Assembly (NCBI GenBank): GCA_050084985.1
Contig: JBITNC010000002.1
Location: 8,184,001-8,248,000, forward strand
Length of the DNA stretch: 64,000 nt
Source: Nageia nagi
Taxonomy: Eukaryota; Plantae; Pinophyta
Direction: 5' to 3'
The notes under the pieces were generated by a model that saw only the letters and a program-made list of their open reading frames with translations, was not told the DNA's origin and did not search any database. Positions within the stretch are counted from its first letter, which is position 1, and each line of letters starts with the position of its first letter. Positions 38,510 to 51,800 of the stretch are shown here, in pieces. The translations under genes were made by a program, and so were the position numbers.

Positions 38510-40335
38510 ATTAGCTTGACATCTTATGACTTATAGGCATTATTTACCATATTTTACTTCCATGTTGGAAAGTTATATCCATGACGATGGATTGTTTACC
38601 ACATTGCTACTTGTAGTATATAGTGGTTAAAAATGTTTTCTCTTCTTCATAATTACATTCTTGCAGTGGTTAAAAAAATTCGACCTTCTCCGTGATTGTT
38701 GAATGTAGGAGTGGTTAAAAATGTTTTCCCTTCTTCACATTACAATATTTGATAAAAAAATGCATCTTTGTTGGATGAATGCTACATTTTTCTATTATAT
38801 ACATTTTAACTAGTAGCATGGTTAAGATGGCATCTTGACTCACTCTTGGTAAAATCAAGTTTACTTGTTATGGCATCTTGACTCACTCTTGGTAAAGTCA
38901 AGTTTATTTATTATGGCATCTTGACTCACTCTTGGTAAAGTTAAGTTTATTTATTTATGGCTTATGCTTTGCCTTATAAATCTTAGCTTTGTGTTTGGTC
39001 ATGTTAGCATTTATGGTTTAAAAAGTTATTTTTTGTTCATTTGTGATATGAAGATAACATGGTCACATAAGTATTTATTTGGTAAAATTATCATCAAAAG
39101 GGGTAATTAAATTATGAATATATTATGATGTGTGACACCTTCATATACCCTCATATACCCCTTTAATAAATACAAAATAATGATATAAAATAAACAAATA
39201 AATAAAAAAATCAAAAATCAATTTTTTTGATAAAGTTTGATGATATTTTTGATATCATTATTTGAGAATGCATATTACTTGGTTGATAGTGCATTTGTTG
39301 GTGTTGTGCACATATGATATTGCTAATATCATATTATGTTGATGTTATGCACATATGATATTATTGATATCATGTTATGATCGATACATTTTGTTTAGTA
39401 TGCACATGTGATATATACTTGATGTATGTCATCTTTAATATTATGCATATGTGATAATTTGGTATTTTTGATTAATTTATGGATAACATCTATCTTATAT
39501 GAGTGTATATGATGTATCTAATTGATCTTATTTATAAGTTGCTTGTAGCTTGTAGGTTCTTCTTGAGATTGCAGGTTACTTCAGGTATGTATGCTCATCA
39601 AGGCTCATCATAATAACATGTTGAATGACTACTCTTGTACAAAGAAACTATTTTTTAGTTAACGATTATATTGTAAAATATTTTTTAAAATGGTTAAGTA
39701 GTTGAGCCATTGCAGAACCATCTATATTCTATTATTTTATCAAATATGTAAAAGTTCTTATCTCCACTTGTATCTCTTTGGAGAACTCTCTTATTTTTTT
39801 TTTTTATCTTTTCAACTTTCTACCTAATATTACATTAAGGGGGAGTGTTAGAAATTGTAATTTAATATTGTATAATATTTCTCTTTAATATAAATTCACT
39901 TAATACTTAAAGTATCTTTGGATACCTTAAAATATTAAGAAAATAAATATAGAAAGATAAATAAATATAAAAACACCTTAACCTTACCCTTGGGTTAAAA
40001 AGAGGTTAAAAGATTGGTTTTTTCTTATAAATAAAAAGGTACCTTTTTCATTATATAACTGAATGAAGTATGGTAATGCTTATCTTGTAGAGTTGTAGGA
40101 ATGCTCTTGTAGGAGCTTTGTAAAAGAATTTTTAAGAATTTGTAAGAGAGTTATCTTGTGAGAAGTAATAGAATAATGGTTCAAAGTGTATGCACTTCCA
40201 AGAGATGAAGGAACCATTATACATAATATATTATTTTTTAAGTAATTGATTATTACTTTGCTAGAAAGATGAATGTTAGATTTGTTGGAGAAGCTTCAAG
40301 GTGATATTGGTTTACGAAATTCTTCAATTCCATCA
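38510..40335 (+). mobile_element. Copia 3' internal region, PPT and 3' LTR (39846-40335, 490 bp)
   Basis: 39500-39845 aligns with 930-1280. TAAGGGGGAG PPT, then TGTTAG...CCATCA. Contains a three-unit ~42-bp repeat at 38828-38955. Confidence 0.9.
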
Positions 40336-41399
40336 CTCGTATGTGTGATTGATTCAAATGTAAAATGATTAAGATTTCATTCAAAAATACATCCTCCAAC
40401 TTAATTGGAAAAAATAGAAAGCTATTTATTTAATTATTTCATATCAACGATTTCTAAATCATGAACCTATCACCTTTTGTAGCTTGTTAAACGAAGCTAC
40501 GAAACTTGAGATATTAAATTTTTATGATTAATTAAATTTCCAATTATCTTATTTTTGAATAAGATTTTTGGTGGTATGGAATGATTGAAACATTCCTTAG
40601 AATCACTCATTAGGAAGTTCTTTGTCTCAAGAAGCTCTTAGAATAGAGAGTTTGAGAAATGAATCCCAAATGTGCAAGCTACGCTTTAAAATGTCCATCA
40701 ATCCCTATTTGATAAATTAATTCATTTTTTATTAAATAATCCATCAAAGCAGATCCAAATTTCAAATGCATTATTCTTCACCAATCAATAATGGGTCATA
40801 TAATCACTCGTTTTGATTGATGCTGAGTGAAGAATGCTACAAATTTGGTTTCATGAAATACTAGGATCCAACATAGAAGTTACACTATTTTGTCCCCATA
40901 AACCTATATGAAACAAATTGCTTATATTTTAATAAAGTTAAAAAATTAAATATTAAGTATTTTTAACATAAATCAACATTTTTTATTATTTTTATTATAA
41001 AAAATATTATAAATCTCTGATATTTAAAATATGATAATTGTAGGTTTTGAAGAAACACAAACTTCCTTATAGGGATGGACATGTCATCCCTCATAAGCAT
41101 TAACATTATCTCACTAAATACAAGTAACATAAGAAAAAAAATGTAGAGGCATATAAAAGATTCATGCATTGATAGATAAATGCCTTAGTAAATTATAATC
41201 TCATGGAATGCACTGATTACAGGTTGTGCATAAGTAAGTTTTCTAAAAGGAGAGTGCAGTGCTAAGTGTAGGCCAAACTCTACAATGATTACCAACATTA
41301 TTATCTAGAGTAGATACATTTCTATATGTAAGCCAAAATCTGCAACCATTACCAACATTCCTATATAAAGTAGAAGGTGAATCTCACTTGGTAGGATGG

Positions 41400-41560
41400 A
41401 GGGACCATGTCTACAAATATGTTGTTATCCTCTCTCAACTCGACTAATAGAAATACTTCATCGAATATAGGGACCATGTATACAAATTTATTATCATCCT
41501 CTCTCAACCTAACCAATAGAAATATATTAGTTGGATTGAGAGACCATGTCAACAAATCTG
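41400..41560. repeat. ~70-bp tandem repeat (2.3 copies)
   Basis: GGGACCATGT.TACAAAT.T.TT.T.ATCCTCTCTCAAC...AATAGAAATA at 41401 and 41470, with a partial copy at 41540. Confidence 0.8.
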
Positions 41561-42199
41561 CCTCCTTCACCTCTTATCTTGACATGATCTCTCTCAAAAA
41601 ACTTAATCAACCACCAACATCCTCCTCTTATATGCATGCGATCAAATCTTTAATTTGTATTATGCATTTAAGGTTCTTTAATCCTATAAATAAGATCAAT
41701 ATCTCCTTTCATCCTCAGTTGGTCAGGTTAAAGATATGGAGAAGAAGATGAGGTTCCATGAGTTATGCAGTGAACCTTTGGTTGTTTATTTCCATAGCTA
41801 AGAAAATATTATTTTAGGAGATGAATATATGGAAAATATATGTCACATAAGAATGTTGATAAACCTTAATTGGATAGTAAGTCACATAAGAATATGTAAA
41901 TATGGAAATATGTGGTCACAAGATTGAATATGCCACTACTACACAAATCCCATTTATCATTAGGGCAAGCATTAGGTTGTGTTTGAAAAGTTTTCTGATT
42001 GCATTGGTGACTGACACCATCAAATGGTATCAATTTCCTTTTTTTTTTTTTAACTTTTCCTAATGTTTTTGATGTTATTTCTAACACCAAATCTAATGCT
42101 ATTTTATACCAATTCTAAGGCTAAATGGTGTTAATAATGGTGTTAGAATGACCTAGAAAACTAAAAAAAAGTGCACAAATTATACACGTAGATCAAGAT

Positions 42200-42930
42200 T
42201 ATCTACATATCAATTTTCGATTAAGGCACATATATCCATGGTTTATACATACATCAAATACTCTTTAAAAGTAGATTTTTATCATGAGATGGATGGTTGA
42301 AGGATACAATACATATTTTTCTTACTACATATATAGATGCATACTAATCTCTACAATCTTCAACATGGCTTCATCCCTTGTAGACCTACATCACCAACAA
42401 TGCCCTTCCATAGGGAAAACTCCTTCATTAACTCATCAATGGCATCAAACTTATTTGACCCATTCACACACAAGTTCTAGCAATATGTATTTCAACTATG
42501 AAAGTTTGGTGGAATCTTGTGAAGTTTTTGATTGTATGACTAAACGAGACATACTCTCATGGAATATAATAATTTTAGGTTACCAAATATATGGCTTTAT
42601 TGAATAGGCATTAACGTTGTTTCACTAAATGCAAAAAATATTAAGAGTAGTCCTACCAAAGCAATTCACCTTTTCCATCACCCCCAAAGCATGTACCAAA
42701 CATGGGAGATTTGCAATAGGGTTTATAAATACATCAAAGACTCTTTAAAATAAATTTTAGAATTCTAAAGACATGGCTTTCCTAGACAAGCATTAATACT
42801 ATTTCACCAAATGCAACAAACAACAATACTAGTCTAACCATATCAATTCACCTTTACTAATGTCACAAAAATGGGAGATTCACAACATGGTTTATACATA
42901 CATCAAAGACTCTTTAAAAGAAGATTTCAT
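42200..42930 (+). pseudogene. Degenerate PLS-class PPR fragment
   Basis: MYFNYESLVESCEVFDCMTKRDILSWNIIILGYQIYGFIE*ALTLFH*M...FTFSITPKAC. An L-motif-like piece GGTTTATA.ATACATCAAA.ACTCTTTAAAA occurs three times. Confidence 0.75.
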
Positions 42931-44899
42931 GGATTAGAAATCAAATAATATATATTTTTTTCTCAAAATTCTAAGTTCTAACATTAATATTATCATAGAA
43001 ACTAATGTTGTGTGATGCCTCTTGATGCCAATTTTGATGCCTCTCAATGCTAATTTTGATGTTGTCCAATACCAATAATGATGTTGTTTGATGCTAATGA
43101 TGATATCGTATGATGTCATATATGATGCCAATGATGATGATATGTGAAACTAAAAGTGATACCTTGTGATGCTAGTAGTGACATCCCTTGACATCCTATG
43201 ATGCCATATTTGATATTGTTATTGATGTCGCATGATGCTAAAAGTGATTCTAATGTCTAATACCATGTGACTCTAATTATGACGTCAATTGTGATGCCTA
43301 TATTAAGGGTATATTAGTGATTCCCTTGACATCAAGAAATAAATTAGAAGGTTTTAAAAAAGCACACTACATCTCGATGCCATATTTGATGCTCGACATA
43401 ATTTATTTAGTACTGTACCACATTTTATGTTCTCTTTTCATATATAGATACTAATATAGATAGCCAAGATGATCTTCCAAGAGTAAGATACTGATGAAAG
43501 ATATTTGAATCACGAAGTCACCCTGATGTAGATGGATTGATGTTTATAACATAGTTTATGTTGTGTTCAAAGATTAAATGAAGAAGCATGAAGAAAGACT
43601 CACGGGAGGGTCACTTAAATATAAAGCCTTCAAAACATGTGTGTTCATAGGATTCTTTAAAAACCCCCTATTTTTAAAATTTAACACTTTATCATTTTAT
43701 TTATTAAACCCCTTATGTTAAACCCCTATAAAATAAATAATAACCTTTTTAAGAAATTATAGTTTAAAAATTATATTCAAATCACTTGCAACTTCAAAGA
43801 GTAAATAGGGAAAAAGCTAAAATAATTCACAACAAAAATGATAAAGAACTTTCCATTAACACTTCATGCCCAAAACTAGTTTCATTAATTAAGAGCTCAT
43901 CGGTTGGAGTACATGAAGGTATTATGAAAGGAGCTACATACATGTATAAATATGAAATCACCACCAATAAAAATGCAAAAAACTACGGTTTACATGTGAA
44001 ACCATAATTAATACTTACAATGGTAGGTGGGATTTTAAAATATAAAATCATAATATATACCTGATACAAGGGAACATATTAAATATTCAAAAAGAATATG
44101 GCATAGGACATTTAACATAAAAATTCAATAAAATTTGAAAAGGCCCCCAAATGCAAAAGCATAAATAATAAGAGATCCACTAATTAATAATAAATTCAAT
44201 CCACCAAATATATTTAGATATAATATTTTGTATAAATACACCCCTAATCCCTCCCCTTTTGAAATACTTACCAATATACTAATAGTTCAACTTGATATTA
44301 AAATACCCCTCGTATGCACTCATGTGGTATTTGCCATTTCCTAACAGTGATCCCCTTGTGGAAAGACTCAAGCTTGCCTGATAAGGTTATATTAAATCCA
44401 TTTTTTTTAATTGTTTGAAGTGTTGGAAATAAGTGTAAGAGAGCTTGAACATAGAAATATAAAAATTGAAATTTGAAATTCTAACACACATAGAAACTTA
44501 AATATTCCTTATTCATCCTTGGAGTTAATAAATCAAAGAAGGGGAGTTTTTAATTATTTTTATTTTTATTTTAACTCATGCTCAAAGATTTCATTTATGT
44601 ACTAATACGAGGATCTTGTTTGTAGGATGAAATTATACATAGCATTTATGAAAATTCTCTAGAAGTAGCATGTGGAAAGTATAATGCACAATGATAAAGA
44701 ACCAGAGGGAAAGTATCAATTGAGGATCAAACAACAAATATAATGGGTCAACTAGATGGAAACTTTGAAAAGTATGAAGAAATTCTAGCCAAATCCAAAG
44801 GAGTACAATATATTCAAATTAGTATGGTTGAGAGTTTTCACTACTAACAAATTGTAGAAGAACTTTATTTATCATTAAAATATCATGAAAAATATCCTT

Positions 44900-46540
44900 T
44901 GATAATATAGATACATAGTATGTCCTATTTCATGTTCACAGACATGAATCTCAATATAATTAAATGTTATGTCTTAATTTTGATGTAATTTTATCAAAAT
45001 ATGGTTATAATTAGTTTAACCATATTTAAAGTTACTCAATAAGGTAGCTAGATTTTGATAAAAATTTCAAGAGTCTAGGTGAATGAAAGGTCAAGGTAGT
45101 TGAAGATTCAAACCTTCTCATAGCATTAAAAATTCAAAGAGGCTCTCCATTTGTGCAATATCTCTATGAAGATTGAATAATTGATGTAACAAGGATTATG
45201 ATATATCAATAAAGACATTATTTTGCTTCTATCTTGTGTTGTTAATTTCTTATGAGATCATTTTGAAGATGAACATTAAGATTACAAGTCTTTATGTAGA
45301 AATTTTTCCTTTAGTTCTAAATTGATATCTTTTTATGGATTTATAAAGTTCTAATAGTTAACTTTTGAAGGTATAGATAAAATTTTATGCAAGATGTTCA
45401 ACATTAGATAAACATCTTGAGAAGAGACATACATATTGTGATGAATTTTTATCTTAGTATAAAACCAATTTAGAAAAAATATTTGAAAGAAATATGAGAA
45501 ACTAACAATTTAATTAGCTATATATGGTTGAATTGGATTAAGTGATTTCTCTTACAAGAAATATTCAGTAAGAGTTATCACACTAATATGAAGAGAAACC
45601 TATTTTATTGCTTGAGGATCACCTCATAAAAAAGGATGTTTATAATCCCTTGTTGTCCCATTTTTTCATGAAAAGAATAAGTGGTTAACAAGTACAATTT
45701 GGTTTTGGTTCATACATTCATGGATTGGTTTGAAATATTCATGCTAAAGAATCAATATATATGCAAAAGATCTAAATTGAAGATTCTCATGCGAAATGAA
45801 ATTTTTGAAGGATCATGAGTAAAGAAAGTTTGGATATTTTCAAAATGCTACATCACTAACCTTGCCTCAAAGTATGAATGAAGGTTAGGACCAATAAGAT
45901 AAATCTTGAATTTTACAAAGAAACTTGATATTAGACTTTTGAATGATTGTATACTTAGCTAAGAAAATCTATTGAGATGAAACTTAAGATGATATCAATA
46001 TCCTAAAATATCTAATGATGTGTGAAATTGATATAAGTAAAATTTTCATTACCAAACCTCCTTGAAAACGAAATAATGGTAATGATGTTAGTATGAGAGG
46101 GTACGAGTATTGAACACTATATGAGAAATAAAAATCAATTGGAGATGATTATGTATGCATATGAGTCATCTAAAAAAATAATTTAATTATATAGTCTTGG
46201 GGAGAAAGCTTATCATCACTTTAAATCTTGTGAAATGGGAAACTTTATTGAAAACAAAATCCTTTTAAAGGGGTTATGAATATAGAATTTGAAGAGTTAA
46301 CAACTTTTTAAAGAATAGAGTAGAATCAAGTTTGATTTTGTGAGATAAGATGAAGTAAGAAGATATAGAAGATTAGAGGATGAATACAATAGTATAGTTA
46401 CTATAACCTAATTGGAAGAATTAGAACTAACATCCTAGAAAAATCACTATCAAGAACTAATATGTACACTTCCACAAATTGATGACTTGATGGAGCAAGT
46501 AAAGCATGCTAGGTAATTCATTAAGTAGAATTTAAAATAA
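44900..46540 (+). mobile_element. Highly decayed Ty3/gypsy fragment ending in the RT start
   Basis: KITIKN..YTLPQIDDLMEQVKHAR*FIK*NLK at ~46440-46540 matches PLPRIDDL...FSKLDL. The upstream extent is a guess. Confidence 0.5.
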
Positions 46541-47800
46541 ACATATGTATACATATTTAAATCAAACCAAGAAAATCTATTTAAAAGATACCATATCATT
46601 TCCTCTTAATCTTTTATTTCACACACACACACATACTTTTATTATTAACGTAATATCATATTATGTAATTCAATTTTATTATTGAAATTTTTTTTATATA
46701 ATGCAAATACTAGAAAGGTATCTTAAATATATATCTAAAAATACTAAGAGGTATCAATCTTTAGGTGCCTATTAAATGTTTTGGTAGTGTGATATTTGAG
46801 ATAGATGCTTAAAGACAGATGCCTCTTGATGGTTATTTTGGTAGTGTGATATTCAAGATAGTAACATCATGTTTCATTTTAACTATGAATCATCATTAAT
46901 AAGTGAATTTTTGGATTTTCTAAATTTGTATTTATTGAATTCGGGAAGTAGAAACATGTCTTGAGTTACTAAAATTTTTAGAAAGTCAAGTCATTTCAAG
47001 GTCAATTCGCCAAAAATTTATAATAATTTTTTGAAGTTAAATTCAAATTTTCTATTCCATGAAACATATATCTATGGCCTTATTCACCTAAAAATGATAA
47101 GTAAAAATTTAAACCTTTAGATATTTACCTTTTACATTTTATCATATATATATATATGAATGATTTTTTTTTTTTTTTCATTTCTTGTGTGTTTATACAT
47201 AAAATTTGTGTAAAAATATGGTAAAATTATCATACCAATAGTTTTGTGAGGTTGAAGACAATTAACTTGAGCTAGAAATCTACTTGTAACATTTGGTATA
47301 TGAAAGATGGTGAGCAACATTGGAACGTACTTTCAAAAATACTACTGCTTTTATTGATGATAATAAACGAAAGAGATAAAGAAGCATAATAAAGGCCACC
47401 ATCAATGCCAATATGCTAGTTGCATTGCCTAACAACCAGCTATGGTGGTCTTCTTCAACCTTATCTTTTGCATGTCAACGATAGGCACCATTTCGATAAA
47501 CACTCGAATATATAAGTTTTCAATGGTAATCACTAATATATTCTTTAGATTGGTCACTAGCTAATATATGCATATACTAATAATGGGTTTCATCAGCCAA
47601 TATTGTTTGTCAACCTTGTGAACTTGGACACAGTCCAATAACGTGTTTTCAGATAAGATATGTGACGTTTTTTTATGTGTGCATTTTGATTTGAAATTTC
47701 GTTCGCTTCATTGAGTGACTACTGACTTGGTCTTTTGAGATTAAGAAAAAACATTCTGCCTTTCTTTTGGTCGGTACCGGAATTACATATTTACTCAGAA

Positions 47801-48817
47801 ATGAAGACGTCCAAATTTTGGGGCTCGATGGCTTTGGCGCTGCTTTTGCTTACAAAAACCTGCCATGCCGCAGACACCATGGCCGTGGGTGAAACTCTCA
47901 CCGGCGTTCAAACTCTAAAGTCTGCTAACAGCACCTTCAAATTGGGTTTCTTCAACCTCAACAACACGGGAAACTGGTATCTCGGCATCTGGTACGCCAA
48001 ACTCCCCGTCATGACCATCGTCTCGATTGCCAACAGAGACCACCCGCTCAAGAACAATTCCGGCAGTCTGAGCCTCACGGACGACGGAAGTCTCGTGTTG
48101 TCGTACGGGAATTCCGTTATCTGGTCCACCAACAATACCAGGAAGGCGTCGTCCTTCGCAATAACGGACACCGGGAATTTGATTGTGTATGGTGAGGGCA
48201 ACAAGTCGGAGATTACGTGGCAGAGCTTCGACAACCCGGGTAACACATTCCTGCCGGGGATGAACATAACTGTGATTTGGAAGCTGACAGCGTGGAAGAG
48301 CCCCTGGGATCCGAGTCCTGGGCAATACAGCCTTCAGCTGGATCCCGACGGAGTGAACCAATTAGTGCTAATGTGGCGGAGCTCTAAAAAGTATTGGGAA
48401 TCCGGCATGTGGAATGGTCAGTTCTTCAGCAATATCCCCGAAATGATAGGGCCTAACATGTATGATTACATCTTCTTTGATAATGGCACCTACAAGTACT
48501 TCACGTTCTCTGTCAAAAAGAGGGTAAATACTTTGCCACGTTACGTCCTGTCGGAGAACGGGAACATCCAACTGTCCACGCTTCTAAACACGGGCAACGA
48601 GTGGAAGTCGTTCTGGGTGTGGGTTCAGCCGCTTTACCAGTGCCAAGTCTACGCTATTTGCGGAGGCTACGCTTCTTGCCGACCGGACAACGTGCAATTT
48701 TGCAGCTGCTTGAACGGGTTCACCCCGGTGGATGCGCTCACGTGGCAGGCAGGGGTCTGGTCTGGCGGGTGCACCCGCCTTACCGCCCTCGACTGTAAGG
48801 CTGGTGGCAACATATGA
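47801..48817 (+). CDS. SD2 receptor kinase copy B, 5' part: signal peptide, B-lectin, SLG and EGF domains, ending in the LTR (338 aa)
   Basis: An uninterrupted ORF, closely similar to copy A, ending ...CKAGGNI* with the TGA supplied by the gypsy LTR. Confidence 0.8.
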   Translation: MKTSKFWGSMALALLLLTKTCHAADTMAVGETLTGVQTLKSANSTFKLGFFNLNNTGNWYLGIWYAKLPVMTIVSIANRDHPLKNNSGSLSLTDDGSLVLSYGNSVIWSTNNTRKASSFAITDTGNLIVYGEGNKSEITWQSFDNPGNTFLPGMNITVIWKLTAWKSPWDPSPGQYSLQLDPDGVNQLVLMWRSSKKYWESGMWNGQFFSNIPEMIGPNMYDYIFFDNGTYKYFTFSVKKRVNTLPRYVLSENGNIQLSTLLNTGNEWKSFWVWVQPLYQCQVYAICGGYASCRPDNVQFCSCLNGFTPVDALTWQAGVWSGGCTRLTALDCKAGGNI

Positions 48818-51800
48818 GAGGGTGCGCCTCTCATGGTGGGGCAAGGGGTCATGCGCACGCGATGGCATGTGGGCATGGCACCTCAAAGCACGGTTAGGAT
48901 GGGTTAGCTGGTTGGGCCGGACTAATCACCACAGTCTCATCTTGTTGGAACATCTAAGACTAGGAACACTTGGATAGTGGGCCGGAAGCCAATGGAGTCC
49001 ATGGATTATCTATGCTTGGGGTGGATGGAAGTACCACGATGAGGGAGTCGTGGTCAGTGAGCAAGGTGGCTTTGGGCCACTCTCTGTTGGTTCTCGATAA
49101 GTGGTGTCAGCCCGTGGCCGGTTGGATCGGACCATGACCTATCGGACTGGTTGGATGATGCATGGTGGAACCTTGGGCGATTGGCATGGTGTGAGTTGTG
49201 TCAGGTCAAGGGTTGGGTTGTTAAGTTGGTTGCCTACCTCTTAGGGGTGGCACAACTAGCACCGTCATAGTTGGTATTAGAGCCCACGGTTTGGGATGCT
49301 CTGGGCACCTAACTGACCAAGACTTGTGCATGAGATCCAGTTGGAAAGGGGACATTTTGGGTAGCCATGGGCACGATCCGGAATGTGCACGTTGGCAATG
49401 AGGCCAAGTGCTAGATTTGGAGGCAAAGATCGTGTTGCATGTCGTATGAAGCAACACGGGTGTGCATGTTAAAAACGCGATGTGGGATGGTACCCCGTCA
49501 TGCGCATAGATTGTCGGGTGAGGCAATGTAGGAAAAAGACCTTCGGATGGCAGAATGATCGAACAACACATTAGTTGCCTTGTGAAGGAGTCGAACAAGG
49601 TGTGTCATCGTTAATCACCTATGAGAAATGGCATATGTGAGCTAAGTTTGATCGATTTACTATGACGATCAACAACCTTCTCAACCCGAAAAAGGATTAG
49701 TTCAAGGTGTTCAAAATGAAACTTAAAACATTTCCAGGGTGAGCAAGTTTAAGTTGCATACTCCATGTGCAGTTGACATCTTGCAATGCCCAAGAGCCTT
49801 AGGGTAGGAGGCAAAGTGGGTTAGGGTAGCAGTTTGCCTATGTTGACATGCATGAGTGCTTTGTGATGCTTGCATATTCTTGCATGTTACATTGATGTCG
49901 ATTTTTGGCTACGGAAACTAACGTTCTATTTATGCCTTGTGTGCGATGGAGGGTTAACAAATTTTTTGTGCCTTAGAAAAATTTTGATGAAAAAGTGCTA
50001 AGTGTTCGTTTGAGCTAAAAGGCCAATTTTGAGTTTCAAACTGGTGACCTCTTACAAGCAAAGTTGGTGCCTGACCATGGTGCCAAAGTCTTTTTCTTGC
50101 CTTAAACAATTTGTACTTGGTTTTATCCTGGTAATATGAACTTGGACTAGGAAAACCTACATGAAGAGGAAGTTGAACGTGTTTTAGAGACTATGGGGAA
50201 GAATCTGTAAGACAATGAGAGTGATGGAGAATAGGAATGGGCTTTCCTAGAGACTTGCGAGGAGAGAATTAACAGGTTCAAAGTAGACATTATAACGGCT
50301 TAGATCGAGCAGGAACAGTAAGGTCTCGATAATGTACCTAATGCTAGGGTGTGGAACCGAAACAAGCAAGAGGACACGAAGCCAAGTGTCTAACTCTTGA
50401 GGTTGAAAATGTGCGATTGTTTAACCAAGTGATTGATCTTTTTGAGCACTTAGATGCCTCCCTTCATGAACAAAAGTCTATGCATGATCGGCTTGAACTT
50501 CTCATCAGTATCATGGTTATTTTGAACAAAAAGTTGGGTGAAGGCAGGGTCTAAGGGGGCCTTGAGGTAGCTCTAAGTGTGTAGCTTCCCAAACTCTGTG
50601 AACTTGCTTATTACAAAGGAGTTAGGGATGAGGCAATTCTGGAGGGGTTCATTTGGAAAATGACCCATTACCTAAGTTTTTGCACCCACCTATTAGATGC
50701 AAAGAAAGTCGATGCAGCAATCAATTGTCTAGAGGGTGATGCATTGACTTGGTGGAGATGAAGGGAGACAAGCAGGTTGGATGGCAATGGCATCCTAGCT
50801 TGCACATCATGGGACAAAATGGTAGATCTCCTTTGTGCACAGTTCTACATCAGTAAGGTAGCTTGCTTGAAGTTGTATGACCTCCACAAAATTGACTCGA
50901 TAAAAGATTACATCATGTACTTTAGTTTCCTAGAACCCCAGATTCATCATATGGATGAGCTTGATAAGCTGGCACTCTTCAAGCATGGTCTTCAAAATTG
51001 GGCGATAAATGAACTGAATAGCCAAACTTTTAAAACACTTGAAGATGCAATAATGGTAGCTAAGAAGTTGATCGATTATCATGAGAACTAGCCTACCAAA
51101 AAGAATGACAAGAGTTTACCAAAGAAGTTTGACTCTATAGTGAAACCATGGGATAAGAAATGCAAGTTTGGCAATAGTGCCAAGCTTCACAGTCAGACCA
51201 GTAAGGGAATAAAGATGGACAATTTCAAAAGGGCACAAGATAATAGGGTAAAGGATAATTTGGAAACCAGCAACCCAAGTTTGGTAGTGGTTGATGTGGA
51301 CCAGGGCAAGGGCCACAAAAGTTTCCAAAGAATAATGCGAACTCCACACCTAGTGGTTCTTCATGTTGCTTCGCTTGCCAAGAAGTTGGACACATGGCTA
51401 GAGAGTGTCCAAATACTACAAAATTGAATGCCATTTTGTTGGCCATAAACAACACACCTACCCCTCCTATAGTGTAGAACAATGTGGTCAACCCATCGAA
51501 TGTGAATGATAAAAATAAGTGGATTATGTCATTCCTCAATTCCCTAGCAGCTTTGGAGGTTAGCAATAAGGTCATTGACAAAGATTGAATTTACCCTTTG
51601 AATTATGTTGAAGCCTCTGTGAATGGACACAAGGTGGTGGCCATGGTTGATCCGAGAGCCTCCAACAACTATGTATCTTCATGGTTCAACAAGCTATTGG
51701 GTTTGAAGTTAGACCCCACAGACCTTTCCTACAAAGTTCAGAATCACCCTTCTCAAGTAGTGCTCAGAATGGTTCGAAAAATTTCACTTCAAGTTGGGAA

